A stretch of DNA of 63,867 bases, the filler included, from Stramenopiles sp. TOSAG23-6 (taxonomy: Eukaryota): NCBI GenBank assembly GCA_900128565.1. It is 3 parts of 3 records of this genome, joined end to end, with 100 filler letters (N's around TTAATTAATTAA, not from the genome) between each part and the next. Parts side by side here need not be neighbours in the genome. Positions count along the whole stretch, not along the records: positions 21,971 to 43,775 come from LT636023.1; positions 43,876 to 63,867 come from LT636041.1; 1 more part is not named here. One strand, given 5' to 3'. The position numbers and the translations under genes are program-made. Positions 32,527 to 44,928 of this stretch are shown piece after piece. The first letter of the stretch is position 1. Each line of letters opens with the position of its first letter. The notes under the pieces are model-generated. The model searched no databases. It was given only the letters and a program-made list of their open reading frames with translations, and was not told the DNA's origin.

Positions 32527-35500
32527 ATGACAAACTCTAAATGTATAGTAGATCAGTTTGTAGATAAATTGCGAGAGCATTATCACGAACGCCATAGTCA
32601 TGGAAATGTTACTCAGAGCGATGATTCATGCAAAAACATTCTATTGCTTTTTAGAAACCATATGCCTTCAATATATAAGCGATTTGTTTCGCCCCATGTT
32701 AGGGCTGCTTCGCGGGAGGCAAACGCAAAACGAACATCTCTACCACCTCCCCGTCATATAGTGCCATTTTGTACAATGCTGAATCTGTTATTGACAAAAG
32801 CTGTGTGTCCACACTCCATTTCTATTTTCCATAGCTGGCCTTTGGAAGAAAAGTCGTTTGCTCAATTTTTCCAGTTATACACTTTACTTGGTTTACAACA
32901 ATTCAAAATACATCACCATATAATTGCAGATACCCTCCTGTTACTTACACAAGTGCTATATGAATATCAACTACTTTCTTTTGTGTTATTGTTTGAAGAT
33001 GCAACACTATTGTTACAAGACCTGATAGTAGCCGAGGAATTAATTCAGCGAGCACCAGAAAAATTTTGTGGGCTTGAAATAGCAAGTTTCTGTACATTTT
33101 CTAAGAGTTGCAAGCGTCAGTGGGTAGAGCATAATAATAGTAATAAAAGAAAAGAAACAAAAAAATGTAAAGTCCCGGGCGATTCTCCAAACAGAAATTT
33201 TTTACCTTTAATGATATGGCTTCCTGGAAAAGGAATAAAAAGTGCATGTGAAGCAATTACAAAAGTAAGACTTCTTAAAAGAGCTACACAGTGGATTTTA
33301 GCGGGTATGTTGGTCCCTGAATCTGCCCAACAATTAGCGCTTTCAATGCCCTCTACAATTTCAAAGCCTCCGACGAATTCAGTACCAAACCCTAATTCTA
33401 TGTCACCACCTCCACTCATTGCGACAGAACGTGAAGAAACACCTACTTCTACTGCAAGAAATTACTATGCTGGTAATGGGTATCAATTTATTGTTAGTAG
33501 CACAGGTATAGTTGACATGTTATGGTCATTAACACAAGCCTCTATTAATAGGTGTGCAAACAATATTGTCCAGAAAAAAACGAACACAGAAAATTCGAAC
33601 TCAATAAACAATTATTCTACTTTCACTTTACAGTTACATGTAGCGACATCAACATTACGACTCATTCAAAGTATGCTTATTGTGGGAGGTATTATATATA
33701 ATGATATTGATGCCAATATTGGTACTTCTATAGCTGGGACAGGATTCTCTACAATATTGACTTCTATTTTGAAATTTCTTGAAAGTTTGCATGAATATGA
33801 CAGACAAAATATTGGTATTGATAATAGCCCTTCTAATGATGTAAGTAGAATAAGATCTATTATCTGTGATATTGATAAAGCAGCTTCGGCATGTATTGCT
33901 CTCTGTCTCCGAATAAATTTTTCGCATTCAGTTAGTCAAAAATGTTTTGGTTTTAGTACGTGTCCAAATGCAGTTACCAGTGTTATATCATCAAATATTG
34001 CGACTATTATAAGAGATCATCGGCATAAATATGGATCAAATAATGCATCTAGAGATGCATCCAATTCTATTTTGATGAAAACTTCTGGTAATTATTTATT
34101 GCTTGCTAGTAATATTTCTGACATTATAAAGGTTATTGTAAGTACGGTCCATTCAACACATGCGTTGCAATTACGTGTCACTTTATCACAAACTCTACGA
34201 AAAATGATTGACACAAATCTCATAGCTCCTGTCCGAGCGATGGATATGATAGGATTGTTAATGCGCGTATTTATTAAAGAGGAATATGATACAAAACATA
34301 TTACCAAAAATACCAAAAATACCAAAAATACCAAAAACACCAAAAATAGAATGAATAATGATTTTGATGACAATGTATGTTTTTATTTATTTTTTGAATT
34401 TCGATTTTTTTTCGTACGAAATTTTGTACCTAACGTTTTTTTTTTGAAATATTTTTCCAAAATACATGTTCATCATGTATTTAGATATGAAGTGAGAAAA
34501 AGTATTGTACAATGTATAGTATCTGTACTAGATAGTGTTTCCGAGGTAGATCGAGTGAATATATTAACAATTGCGAATGAAAATTTTGTCGGAAATTCCC
34601 GGGATAAACAACATGATACATGTAGTACTATTCAGGTAACAAATATTAGTAGAAATAAAGGTAAATCAACTCGAAAGAGAAAACGAAATCAAACAGAAAA
34701 AATATTGAAATGTCAATCTAACCCTAACCCTAATGATAATTTCGAAAAAAAAAAGAAGACAGTTCACAATATGTCTCCATTATATTTCAAATTCAAATCG
34801 ATGATTAATAATGCAATAGAAGCATCAACAGAAATTCAAAGTATGTCGCATATATGTACAGTGCTTATTGCTTTGTTACGAGTATATCATTATAATAATG
34901 TTAGGGTTAATGCGATGGAGGATAGAAAGGAAAGTAACCCTAACCCTAATCATCAGTGGTCTGACCCTGGTACCCAAGAAAATAGAACCACTGATGCTCT
35001 GGAAAATAGAAATATTGATAACCCTAACCCTAATAGTAAATCTGCAGCATTTTGTATAATACAATGCTACTTGACCCTTCTGAAATCTGAAGGGTTTTGT
35101 ACTCTTCTGGAAACATCAGACGAAAACGAAAGATTGACAATTTCAATAGTGAGTGCGGCACTTGATGTATTTTTTATTTTTTTTCAATTTTTTATATATT
35201 TTTTTTTTTTTGAAAATTTTGTACCTAACAAATTTAAGTTTTTTTTTTTGAAATATTTTTTCATCATACATGCCGCACACGAAATTATCATTGCTTTATC
35301 AGGAGACTGTATAGTGGCAGATTGTTTACAAGAATGGAATATCCTGGCAAAATTAACTTTTCGTGTAGGCTGTTGTAAACAAATATTAAACAACTTTCAC
35401 TTTGAGAATTTGGAGATTTTTGAAAATTTTGTGCCGATTCCACTTCGTGGGATTTCTTTCTGTCTTTCAGTTTTACCTCTAGTGCTTTCAAAGATGAAAT

Positions 35501-38500
35501 ATACAGAAGATGAATTGTCCGACCAAAATTGGTTAAAGAGAGGTAATCAACAAATATGGCCGTTGTGTAGATTTTGGGATGCCTTAGAACATGTATGTTT
35601 TATTATTTTTTTTAACAAAAAAATCGAATTTATTTTTTTTTTTTGGTAAAAAAATTTTGTACCTAACATTTTTTTTTAGATTTTTTTTTTTGAAATATTT
35701 TNCNAAANTTCATGATTGTGGAGAAATTCGTGTAGCTGCTGTTCTTGCTTTACCAGCATATATACATGAATGTAGTTCATTCGTGTTGAGTTCAAAATCT
35801 GGAGAAGATGTACCTTTCTCCATATCTCATAAGTGTATTATAGAAAAATCAGTTTTAGTAAATATGGCTAATGTTATTATAGATTTGACATTATGCGATG
35901 ATGATATACGAGTTCGACTTGCTACAATTGATGTTATGGCATCGCTTGTGTGTGCTTGCTCCGGGAGTGCATCTTGGTCCCTTAATAAAGAGATGCGAAA
36001 CGTTGGTTCCCATGCGTTTTTGTCTCTTCAATGCAGCAGTAGGGATACAATCACAATACAAAATAATATTGTAGAGAGTGATATTGAACGGTACAGAGAA
36101 ATGTGTCATTACTGTTTGAATGAATGGATGTCGCGTATACGATATCTATTAGCTTCTTCTAACTCTGAAGAAAGAGTGTATGCAGCTCGGGCTATCAATC
36201 AATTCGTTGCACACGGAAGTATCAATCAACTTTCAGAATGTAGTCAAGACAAACCTTTCAGAAATAATAGTATTCAGATATCATCAGAGTCTATATCGCC
36301 ACCTCCACTCACTGCAACAGGGTCATCAGTATTGGAACAATTGATTTGTCTACTCCGAGATCATTCCTTTACTGTTCGTGAATCCGTTGCGTTAAGTATG
36401 AGTATATTTGTGCGCCGCCAAAATGAATTTCTAGAAGTTGTTTTTCCAAGAAATTCGTGTAAGCAAAGTGTCTTTGTTGCAACCCTGTTGAGAATGTCAA
36501 AGCAGTTTCCCGAACAATATTATGAAATTGTATGTATGTTTTCATCATTTATTTTATTTTTGTTTTTTTTGCTCAAAACAATCCAAGTTCTGTCGTTGAA
36601 TTTATCATGTACCTAACGAATAACAAATTTGACATATTTTTTCATGATTCATGTATCATTGGATGCGAGTCACGTCGAGAATCTCCTTTACTCATATGGT
36701 CACTCATTCAACTCTTTACATGTTGGATTGAATGTGTCAGTAGAAATCATGAAATCGTACCCAAAGGAAATACTACAAATGATACTACGAAAAATGCAAA
36801 TATCGCTATTGCAGCTTGTCATTTTGTTCGGAGAATTGTGATTGCTCAAAAGGCTAACTCGCTACATGAGCTAATTGAAGCAATTCCAAATGGTCGTATC
36901 GAAATATATCCACATTTGGTGCAAGAACTTTTCCGCCCTGCGTCCAAAATATTAATGAAACAGAGTGATCATTGGGCTTCATCATGCAATAATAGTCATA
37001 TGGATATTGATGAAGGTAAGAATACAAATAATTCGGAAGATGTATTAGATATGAAATTTGGTACGGATATAGTGTATACTCAAATGAAGAAGTTCTTGTG
37101 TGAATTTGCTTCACATTCTCAGTGGTCTGGTCATGATGCAATAGTCACATTAATTGATGAAGCATATGACATAAGCTTACAACAGCATGGAATGGAAGAT
37201 GGTATTGTACTCATGTTTTTAAGACGAGTAACCCCATCTGTGTTGTCATCATTGTCTTCAACAAATAATCGTGCAACGCTTTTAGTATTAGCTCAACAAA
37301 TGCAAGTTTTGCCTGCCTTCATCTCCGACAAAAATGGAGGCTTTGCAAAATATGACTATAAGCCGAAAGAATGGGTTCGCAATTTATTCATTCCTACCCA
37401 TAAATCCCGAGGAAAGCAAGCACTAAGTACAAAGTATATTACGTTTATGCTTGCTGACATCATCTTAAATCCTGTATCTGATAGTGGAATGAATGCTATC
37501 CGAAATTTAATATATGACGTATTTGATACCAGTGTTCATTATGATGAATTAGTACACGTTTTCTTTTCAAAAATATTAGTATTTTTGTCTTGGCAACTAA
37601 GTGGTCTAAAACCAGAATATGCACGAAATGCATTAAAAACACTTGCTAAAATACTACAGCACACTGATGCATTCCCCAAGTTGTGTGCAAATACTGCAAC
37701 AAAACAGAATTGCGCTTCAGACTCAGTAAAATCTAAAACATCACATAATATGACGACCTCTCCTGATGGTATAATTGATTTGACAGGTAAACCTGATCAT
37801 TTGAATGAAGCTACTGGAAATGAAAATAATTTATCCCCAAATATTGATGTGAATAGTTCACTTGTAACAATGCGCTCGCGTCTTGTAACTAAGCATTTTT
37901 TGTATATCATAGCTAAATTATTCAGCACAAATTTCTTAGAAAGCGTCGGTTATGTTAGAGGTTGCAAACGCGCTTTGATTTCTATGCAAGAACTTGTACG
38001 TATGAATAGAGAAGGTAGAGCTGAGCTGGTCCGATTGAACAAAGAAGTAACTGTAGATGCATTACTTGATCCGTATTTCCCTAAAATAATGGGGACACTT
38101 CAACTATCATTACGCAGTAAAAACCTTTCCTTGAGATCTGTTGCGTGTGACACTTTGAAAATTTATTTGGAAGGTATATCGTGGCCAACTATTTCAATTA
38201 ATTTAAATTCTATCGTTGTAGAATTATTGACTTGTATTAAACCTAGTATTGTAAAAAATGAAGACAGAAAAACAACAACAAATTATAGAAATAGTATCCC
38301 TCCAAAAATTAATCATAACCCAAATCATTCTGACCCTAACACAGATGTTGATCCTCACCTGAAGGCTCTCGACATTCTCCAATATTTAATTGTCGAAAAT
38401 CGAGATCGTTTGAAGGATGGGTACCCACAGATACCGTTTGTGAAACCAATGATTTCAGAATGGTTTTTTGAAGACAATAATTCAAATGCTAATTTTTATA

Positions 38501-41500
38501 ATGTAATGCGGGAGTGTGACGATACATCGAAGATATCTGGTGAAAATGTAAGATCTGCCGCTGGCAATAATAATGGTAATAATGATAATAATGATAATAN
38601 ACTTTCGCAATTACGATCTGGTCTTTTAGAAGTCTGTTCAGTTGTTCAGAGTGAATTGGGTGATCAATCAATCGAAACACGGATCAAATCTCTTCTAGAT
38701 TTAACTTCTCACGATAATGCTGGTGTCAAAGCTGCGGTATTAAACGAATTACGTCGGACTTTACAATCATTTGAATCATCTGAATCATCTCCACATTTAT
38801 TATCTATCAATGGTGTTGGTGCTGGTAGCAAAATGAGACCTTTAATAAATCAAGTTATGAAAGCCTTGTTGATGTTGTGTCGCACAGAAACTACAAAAGA
38901 AGTCTTAGAAAGATGCGCGATGTGCTTTGGACAATTAGGTGCAATTGATCCTGATAGAATATGTATTGATACATCAGAGCAAGAAATTGTAACACTCACT
39001 GGTAATCAAAAACGCGGAAAGGAACTCGTGTGTGAGTTGATATCGGGTTATTTAGTGAGAAGTCTCGCGCAAAATCAGGATACATTATTCGTTGATCGTG
39101 TGGCTGTCGCAATCCAAAATCTACTATGCGCTTTAGGGAAAATGTTTGGTATTTGCCAAGGAAATTGTGCTATAACTCATGGCGCCGCAGATGCACATAA
39201 AGAAGATTTACCACCAGCGTTGTGTAAACTATTTGATGACGTTGTCCTCGAAGTTGTAAGACCATACTGGAAGACTCGATACACACTTTTGAATCCAATT
39301 ATTTCATCTATTACTCTAATTTACCAACCTGGTATTTCTTTTCAAGATTGGCTTGGTAAGTGGACCCGGTACTTGACGCATTTTGTTACTGGTGAAGATA
39401 AACCCATATTTGAGGCATGTAGAGGTATGTTAGCATACACTGTATCAACACCCTTGTTTTTATTACCATATTTAGTCAAAAATTTTCTTGGCAGTGAAAT
39501 TAATCCTGATGAAATTGGCGACTCTCAAGATAAAGAAGTTATTTCAGTAGAATCTGTCAATACGGTAAATATTGTACTAAAGGAAGTACTTGCAGTACTT
39601 CGAGGAAGTAGTTCAAAAAGAACGCAGTTTGCTGGTGAAGCCCGTCGTTGCACACAAGCTGTGTTCTCTATGTTAGATCAATTGGATTCATGGCAAAAGT
39701 TTGAAAAAAAGAAAGCAATTGCGGGACAACGCTTATATGCTAAGAATATTTCCACAAAGACTAAAAAACGCTACGATTTTGAATTTAAAGTTGTGGAGGA
39801 ATTATTTAAGCGAATTCCTAGGAAACTTCTAAGCGATGCTGCATATCATTGTGGTGCATTCGCTCGATCTTTGCAAAGTGCCGAAGAAGATTTGCGGAAT
39901 AGATATAATTCGGCAAGTCCTCTGGAAGTAACATCATCACATAATACTAGTACGTGGTCCAGAGAGGAAACTCGAACACTTCAGAAGATCTATGTATGTT
40001 TTCAGGATCAATTTTAAATTCATTTATTTTTCGTACACAATTTTGTACCTAACAAAAAAAAATGAAAATATTTTCCCAAAATACATGCATCGTTAGAAGA
40101 AAGCGATGGTTTAAGCGGCGTTGCAACATTACGTGCAAAGTCGACAAAAATTAAGAAATCTGTGGAAACTTGCAGTAAGACTCATGTATCTTCAAAACGA
40201 AGAAATAATAAAANATGTTTAGAATCTCTTGATACTCAAGAAAAACAAAAATATTCTGAAGTTGCAGGAATTTCCCTCGCAGAACGAATTATTGATTTTG
40301 TAGATGCTGCTAAATGGACAGAAGCGCAAATGTGTTACGAACAAGCGTTACAGAGAAAGGTGTATAATGAAAATGTTGGGAAGAAAATAAGTAGTAGTGC
40401 AGTATGTAATAACGAATTTCTAAAAGATGAAAAAGAAAATGAGAAAAGACTTCGTTCGGGAGAAGGCGTCCCCGATGACTTTACGAAACGATTAAAGATT
40501 AGTAATTCTAGTAAGAATAAAAAAAAACAGTTTGTTAAGATGAAAGGAGGTAATCGTCGTTCTGCGCGTGTATCCTCTAGAAAATTGAAGAGTAAACAAA
40601 AAACGATAGACAATGATAATGAAGACAATATTGAGAAAATTGCAAGTCAATTAGATGAACAATTTAAGTCAGAAACAAACCCAGTGAAGCAAAATGTAGA
40701 AATTATGATTGAAGAAAAACAAAAACAAGATAACGAAAATCATAAACTTACAGAAGCTGAGTTGCATGAAGGAATTTTAACATGCTTGCGCAATTCAGGT
40801 CAATTGGGATCAGTACTGATTCATGTCGAAGGCATTGGCGTTTCCGCTCCTGTTCTTGCCAAACGACTTATGCATTTTGCAGCCAATGCAGCTTGGCAGC
40901 TCGAACGTTGGCCACAATTAGTTGAGTGTTTAAAGCGATCGCCTTGTAAAAGTTTAGTAAATTTCGCTGCTGGTACTGATCATCTTTCAAATGAAAAAAC
41001 AAACTATGTACAATTTAATGATTCAACAAAGTTACCTGATGATGCATTTTGTAAGTTGAGTAGAAATAATGTCGCAAGTGATAATAATTTTGAATTATAT
41101 ATTGGCGCTGCATTGTTAGCCTTACACCAGCGACGGTATAAAGAATTTAAAGAAATTTTATCAACTGCGCGGCTTGAGATTATGGGTCCTCTGTCCGCTG
41201 CTTGCATGGAGTCGTATAGTCGATCATATCCACAGTTACTTCGTTTACACATGCTCTCTGAACTTGAAGATGGTGTAGCTCTTATCTGTGAGAGTGCAGG
41301 AGTTACAACTTCAGGTGCCAGTCGCGAAGTGAACATTGGTGCTTTCAAAAAAAGATGGGAACGTAGAATGGAACTGACCCCAGCGACTATGGCTATACGT
41401 CGTCCTTTGATGGCATTACGTCGGGCTGTATATAGATTAGGTGGTCAGCATGACATGGTTGGTCACACTTGGTTAGAACTAGCAAAACTTGCACGCGTTA

Positions 41501-43465
41501 GCAAAGATTACATGTGTGCCCAATATGCCTTGACAAATGCGCAACATTTGAGAATGTCATCTCAATTAGATACAGCAAGTAGTGAAAGGTTTTTACTACA
41601 TTTTGCGGCGTGTACTCGAATGGAATCTGCAAAATTACTGATGACAAGAGGCGAAGAACGAAATGCACTTGTACAGATTGAGCCTTCTGAATTTAATAAA
41701 AATGGGCGTTTTATAACACATACAGCTGTAGATAGTACTGATCCGAAAACAATTCGTGCAGCACAAGAAGAAAGTTTACAACGAGCACGAACTTTATTAT
41801 TAGCGACCGAATGGTTACAGGAATTGAAACTAAAGCAAGGTAGTGAATTGGTTGAACGATTTAATGCGGTAGTGGAAGAGTGTCCTCGCTGGGAGGAAGG
41901 TCATTTTGCTCTTGGCAGATATTATGATTATGTTCTAACCGAGTTGGAGAAACGAAAAAAAGATCCACAATCAATATCTACTGTTAGAGAATATGTAATT
42001 CATGTGATTCATAATTATGGCACGTCCTTGCAATTTGGTAGTGACAAAATCTTCCGATCAATGCCGAGATTATTGACATTATGGTTCAAATATGGATTGT
42101 TATTTTATAAACAAATTTCAATGTCTCAACGGACAAACGCAAACTGTAGTGTGAACGGACGCAGAAAATCCCAAGTAAACAACGAAGACGATGAAACACT
42201 CTGTAAATTAATGATGGCATTAGTCGCAAAACTTCCTTCCTATCAATGGCTTACAGCATTACCACAGTTAATTTCGCGGATTAGTCATGTTTGTTTTATT
42301 TTTTTTTCAAATTCGTTTTTTTTCGTACGAAATTTTGTACCTAACAAATTTAAGTTTTGTTTTTTTGAAATATTTTTCCAAAATACATCCGAATGACAAA
42401 GTTTGGAATATTTTACGTGAAATTATTGCGAAAATTTTGTATACTTACACTGGGCAAGCTCTATGGAGTGTTATGGGTTTAATGCAATCTCAAGGTGTCT
42501 TACGAAAAAAACGTGGAACTGACATTGTGAAAAGGGCAATATCTTATGTATGTTTTCATCAGAAAAAAAAATCATTTTTTTCGCATGAGAATTCTATGAC
42601 CAAACGAATGTTTTTTCTAAAATATATATATATTTTTTCACAATACATGGTGATAAAGAACGAAATATAACGAGTCATCAATTAAGAACTGCTAAAATTC
42701 TTTTTGAAGAACTCATAAAATTTGCTTTAAATCGAAATGGACGGCGGGGTAAAATGCAATTACAATGGAAGCCTTCTGTTTTACAGTCACCGGCGTTGAG
42801 GAAACAAGGACTAGTCGTTCCAACACAACAGACGCTTACTGTTACATTACCTGCTGCATCACCTTTCCGGGATATTCCGGGAGATGATCCAGATTTGGTG
42901 TTTCCACCCACCGAACAAACAGTGATTTATGCACTTGGTAAAGAAGCCGATGTAATGGCATCGAAAGAACGACCAAAGAAAATGAATTTGGTTGGTAGTG
43001 ATGGAAAACTGAGGCATTTCTTATTAAAGTCAGAAAAAAAAGGCGATTTGCGAAAAGATTCTCGACTGATGGAGTTTAATACAGTAGTAAATCGATTATT
43101 ACAGCGCAATCCTGAGACAAGAAGGCGTAAGATTCAACTTCGTACATATGCTGTTGTTTGTCTCGATGAAACATGTGGGATTATGGAATGGGTGTACAAT
43201 ACTGCTGGTCTCCGGATATTGATACGGGATTCATATGTGGCCGCAGGTCACCAGAAGCCTATGATCATTACAACAAATATACGTTCACAATATGAAAAAA
43301 TACAAAGAGAAAATAAGAATAATATAACTAAAATGGCCGAAGCATATGAAAATGATATTTTACCACATTTTCCCGCGATTCTTCACCAATGGTTTCTTGC
43401 ATCATCTTCTGATCCAACGAATTGGTTCGATCGTAGAGTTGCGTTTGCTCGCTCTGTCGCAGCGT
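32527..43465 (+). CDS. ATR: PIKK kinase ATR (3' end missing); exons 32527-34374, 34468-35166, 35272-35592, 35714-36533, 36653-39993, 40087-42288, 42389-42547, 42649-43465
   Basis: HEAT/UME region, GQLGAIDP, LQKIYASLEESDGLSGV, FAT domain SMPRLLTLW, QLISRISHP, kinase SKERPKK...GSDG...DLRKDSRLMEF...LRTYAV...CGIMEWV. Confidence 0.93.
34303..34347 (+). repeat. 9-bp coding tandem repeat (TKN)x5
   Basis: accaaaaat units. Confidence 0.85.
34375..34467 (+). other. Family intron, GT-AT (93 nt, in frame, stop-free)
   Basis: GAC AAT|GTATGT...CCAAAATACAT|GTT; full family consensus. Confidence 0.83.
35167..35271 (+). other. Family intron, GT-AT (105 nt, in frame, stop-free)
   Basis: CTT GAT|GTATTT...CATACAT|GCC. 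Confidence 0.82.
35593..35713 (+). other. Family intron, GT-AT (121 nt)
   Basis: GAA CAT|GTATGT...TTCAT|GAT joins two ATR ORFs in frame. Confidence 0.83.
36534..36652 (+). other. Family intron, GT-AT (119 nt)
   Basis: GTA T|GTATGT...GTACCTAAC...GATTCAT|GT joins two ATR ORFs in frame. Confidence 0.8.
39994..40086 (+). other. Family intron, GT-AT (93 nt)
   Basis: ATC TAT|GTATGT...AAATACAT|GCA gives LQKIYASLEESDG, matching the ATR LQKLYAAMHEPDG-type motif. Confidence 0.92.
42289..42388 (+). other. Family intron, GT-AT (100 nt)
   Basis: AGT CAT|GTTTGT...AAATACAT|CCG gives QLISRISHPNDKVW. Confidence 0.92.
42548..42648 (+). other. Family intron, GT-AT (101 nt)
   Basis: TCT TAT|GTATGT...AATACAT|GGT; in frame with the kinase ORF. 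Confidence 0.85.
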
Positions 43466-43555
43466 GTATGTTTTATATGAATTTCTAATTTAATATTTTT
43501 TTCATACGAAATTTCGTACCTAACGATTTTTTTTGAAATATTTTTCAAAATACAA
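43466..43555 (+). other. Family intron with uncertain 3' end (AA at the acceptor position)
   Basis: GCG T|GTATGT...GTACCTAAC...AAAATACAA; the downstream sequence does not continue the ATR kinase. Confidence 0.55.
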
Positions 43556-43710
43556 GCTCGATTAAAACAAAGAAAGAAAAAAAAAAAAAAAAATGTAGAT
43601 AAAAATAAAATTGAAAAAAAATCTGAAAGTCAAATTTATTTTACAGATAAGAATCGTTGCCAAAAATATGTTGAGAGATGTAAATCAACCTATTTTACCT
43701 TTGTTCACGC

Positions 43711-43775
43711 GTAGGTTTTCAAAATTGAATTTTGAATTTTTTTTTTTGGTAGAAAATTTTGTACCTAAGAAAAAA
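43711..43775 (+). other. 5' part of a family element truncated by the gap
   Basis: GTAGGTTTTC...GAAAATTTTGTACCTAA followed by Ns. Confidence 0.6.
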
Positions 43776-43875
43776 NNNNNNNNNNNNNNNNNNNNNNNNN
43801 NNNNNNNNNNNNNNNNNNNTTAATTAATTAANNNNNNNNNNNNNNNNNNNNNNNNNNNNNNNNNNNNNNNNNNNN
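43776..43875. other. Assembly gap with artificial TTAATTAATTAA linker
   Basis: N-runs flank a six-frame stop linker. Confidence 0.95.
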
Positions 43876-43927
43876 GTACCTAACAAATTTAAGTTTTTTT
43901 TTTTTGAAATATTTTTCCAAAATACAT
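43876..43927 (+). other. 3' part of a family intron ending in AT
   Basis: GTACCTAAC...CCAAAATACAT|GAA AGA opens the RNB exon in frame. Confidence 0.78.
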
Positions 43928-44872
43928 GAAAGAGATCCAATGCTTGATTCGTGTTTACAAGTTCTCGCAACAGAACCCATGCAAGAAGCGCAGTATTTTA
44001 GATGTGGTTCTGAAATGGATCCAGCTTCTCGTCGTCATTATGCATTAAATATTCCATATTACACTCATTTTACATCGCCAATTCGTCGGTATGCGGATGT
44101 ATGTTTTATTTTTTTTCAATTTCGAATTTTTTTTCGTACTAAATTTTGTACCTAACGGGGTTTTTTTTTCAAATATTTTTCCAAAATACATATAATGGTT
44201 CATCGTGCACTAAGTCTCATAATAGATGTTGGTTCTAATAATTCTGAATTAAATAATTTGTTAAAAATTAATCAAGAAAGTGGTCATAATGATGAATCTA
44301 CGAATGAAAAGATGATTGCATTGGCGTATCAGCATATTGGGCGTTCTATTGATGATATTGAAAAGGTTGCTGAACACTGCAATGAAAAAAAAACTGCTTC
44401 AAAATCAGCTCAAGATGAAAGTGATAAAGTATTTTTTGCCGTATGGCTGCGTAATAAATACCGTAGTGGTAATCCTGTGGAGACGTTGGGGATTGTTCTG
44501 AGTATGGGTGAAAAGTATTTCCGTATTTTTATGCCACAATTTGGATATGATCAACAAGTGACTTGGCAAGATATTCAGCCAGATGCTGAATTGATTGGAT
44601 TTACAGGTTCTGAGCATCAAAGATGTCTCATTCGACTACTGGGTGATATTTCAAGTAGTAGTGTTGATAATGAAGAAAACAAAACAAGAAACGAAAAACA
44701 AGACAACACAAAAGAAAAACCAGAGATTGTTAGTAGTAATAACACTATTGATTTACAAGTTCTTCGGCGTTTAAAGGTTTGTCTTACCGCAAACGTAGTT
44801 AAAACTAGACTTAAAATAAGTATATTGATACGTGGAGTATGGGATGAATCAAAAGATGCATATTATTCTTGA
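43928..44872 (+). CDS. DIS3L2: DIS3-like exoribonuclease 2, C-terminal part (5' end lost in gap); exons 43928-44098, 44192-44872
   Basis: [34 protein letters not shown] and [14 protein letters not shown]. Confidence 0.85.
44099..44191 (+). other. Family intron, GT-AT (93 nt)
   Basis: GCG GAT|GTATGT...AAATACAT|ATA ATG restores the RNB signature [13 protein letters not shown]. Confidence 0.93.
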
Positions 44873-44928
44873 TTATATTTTTTCAATAGATTTTTTTATA
44901 TGGATTTTTTTTCCAATTTATTTGTTTT

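Noticed and set aside
32228-32530. 100-aa ORF upstream of ATR
   Set aside because: Non-ATG start, low complexity, and it runs through a CT microsatellite.
35418-35436. TTTTGAAAATTTTGTGCC resembling the family core inside an ATR exon
   Set aside because: Lacks the termini and branch motif, and the frame is open; probably chance in AT-rich DNA.
32527-43465. Fragmented ORFs as pseudogenes or an alternative genetic code
   Set aside because: Every break coincides with a family insert whose removal restores the frame; long exons are open in the standard code.
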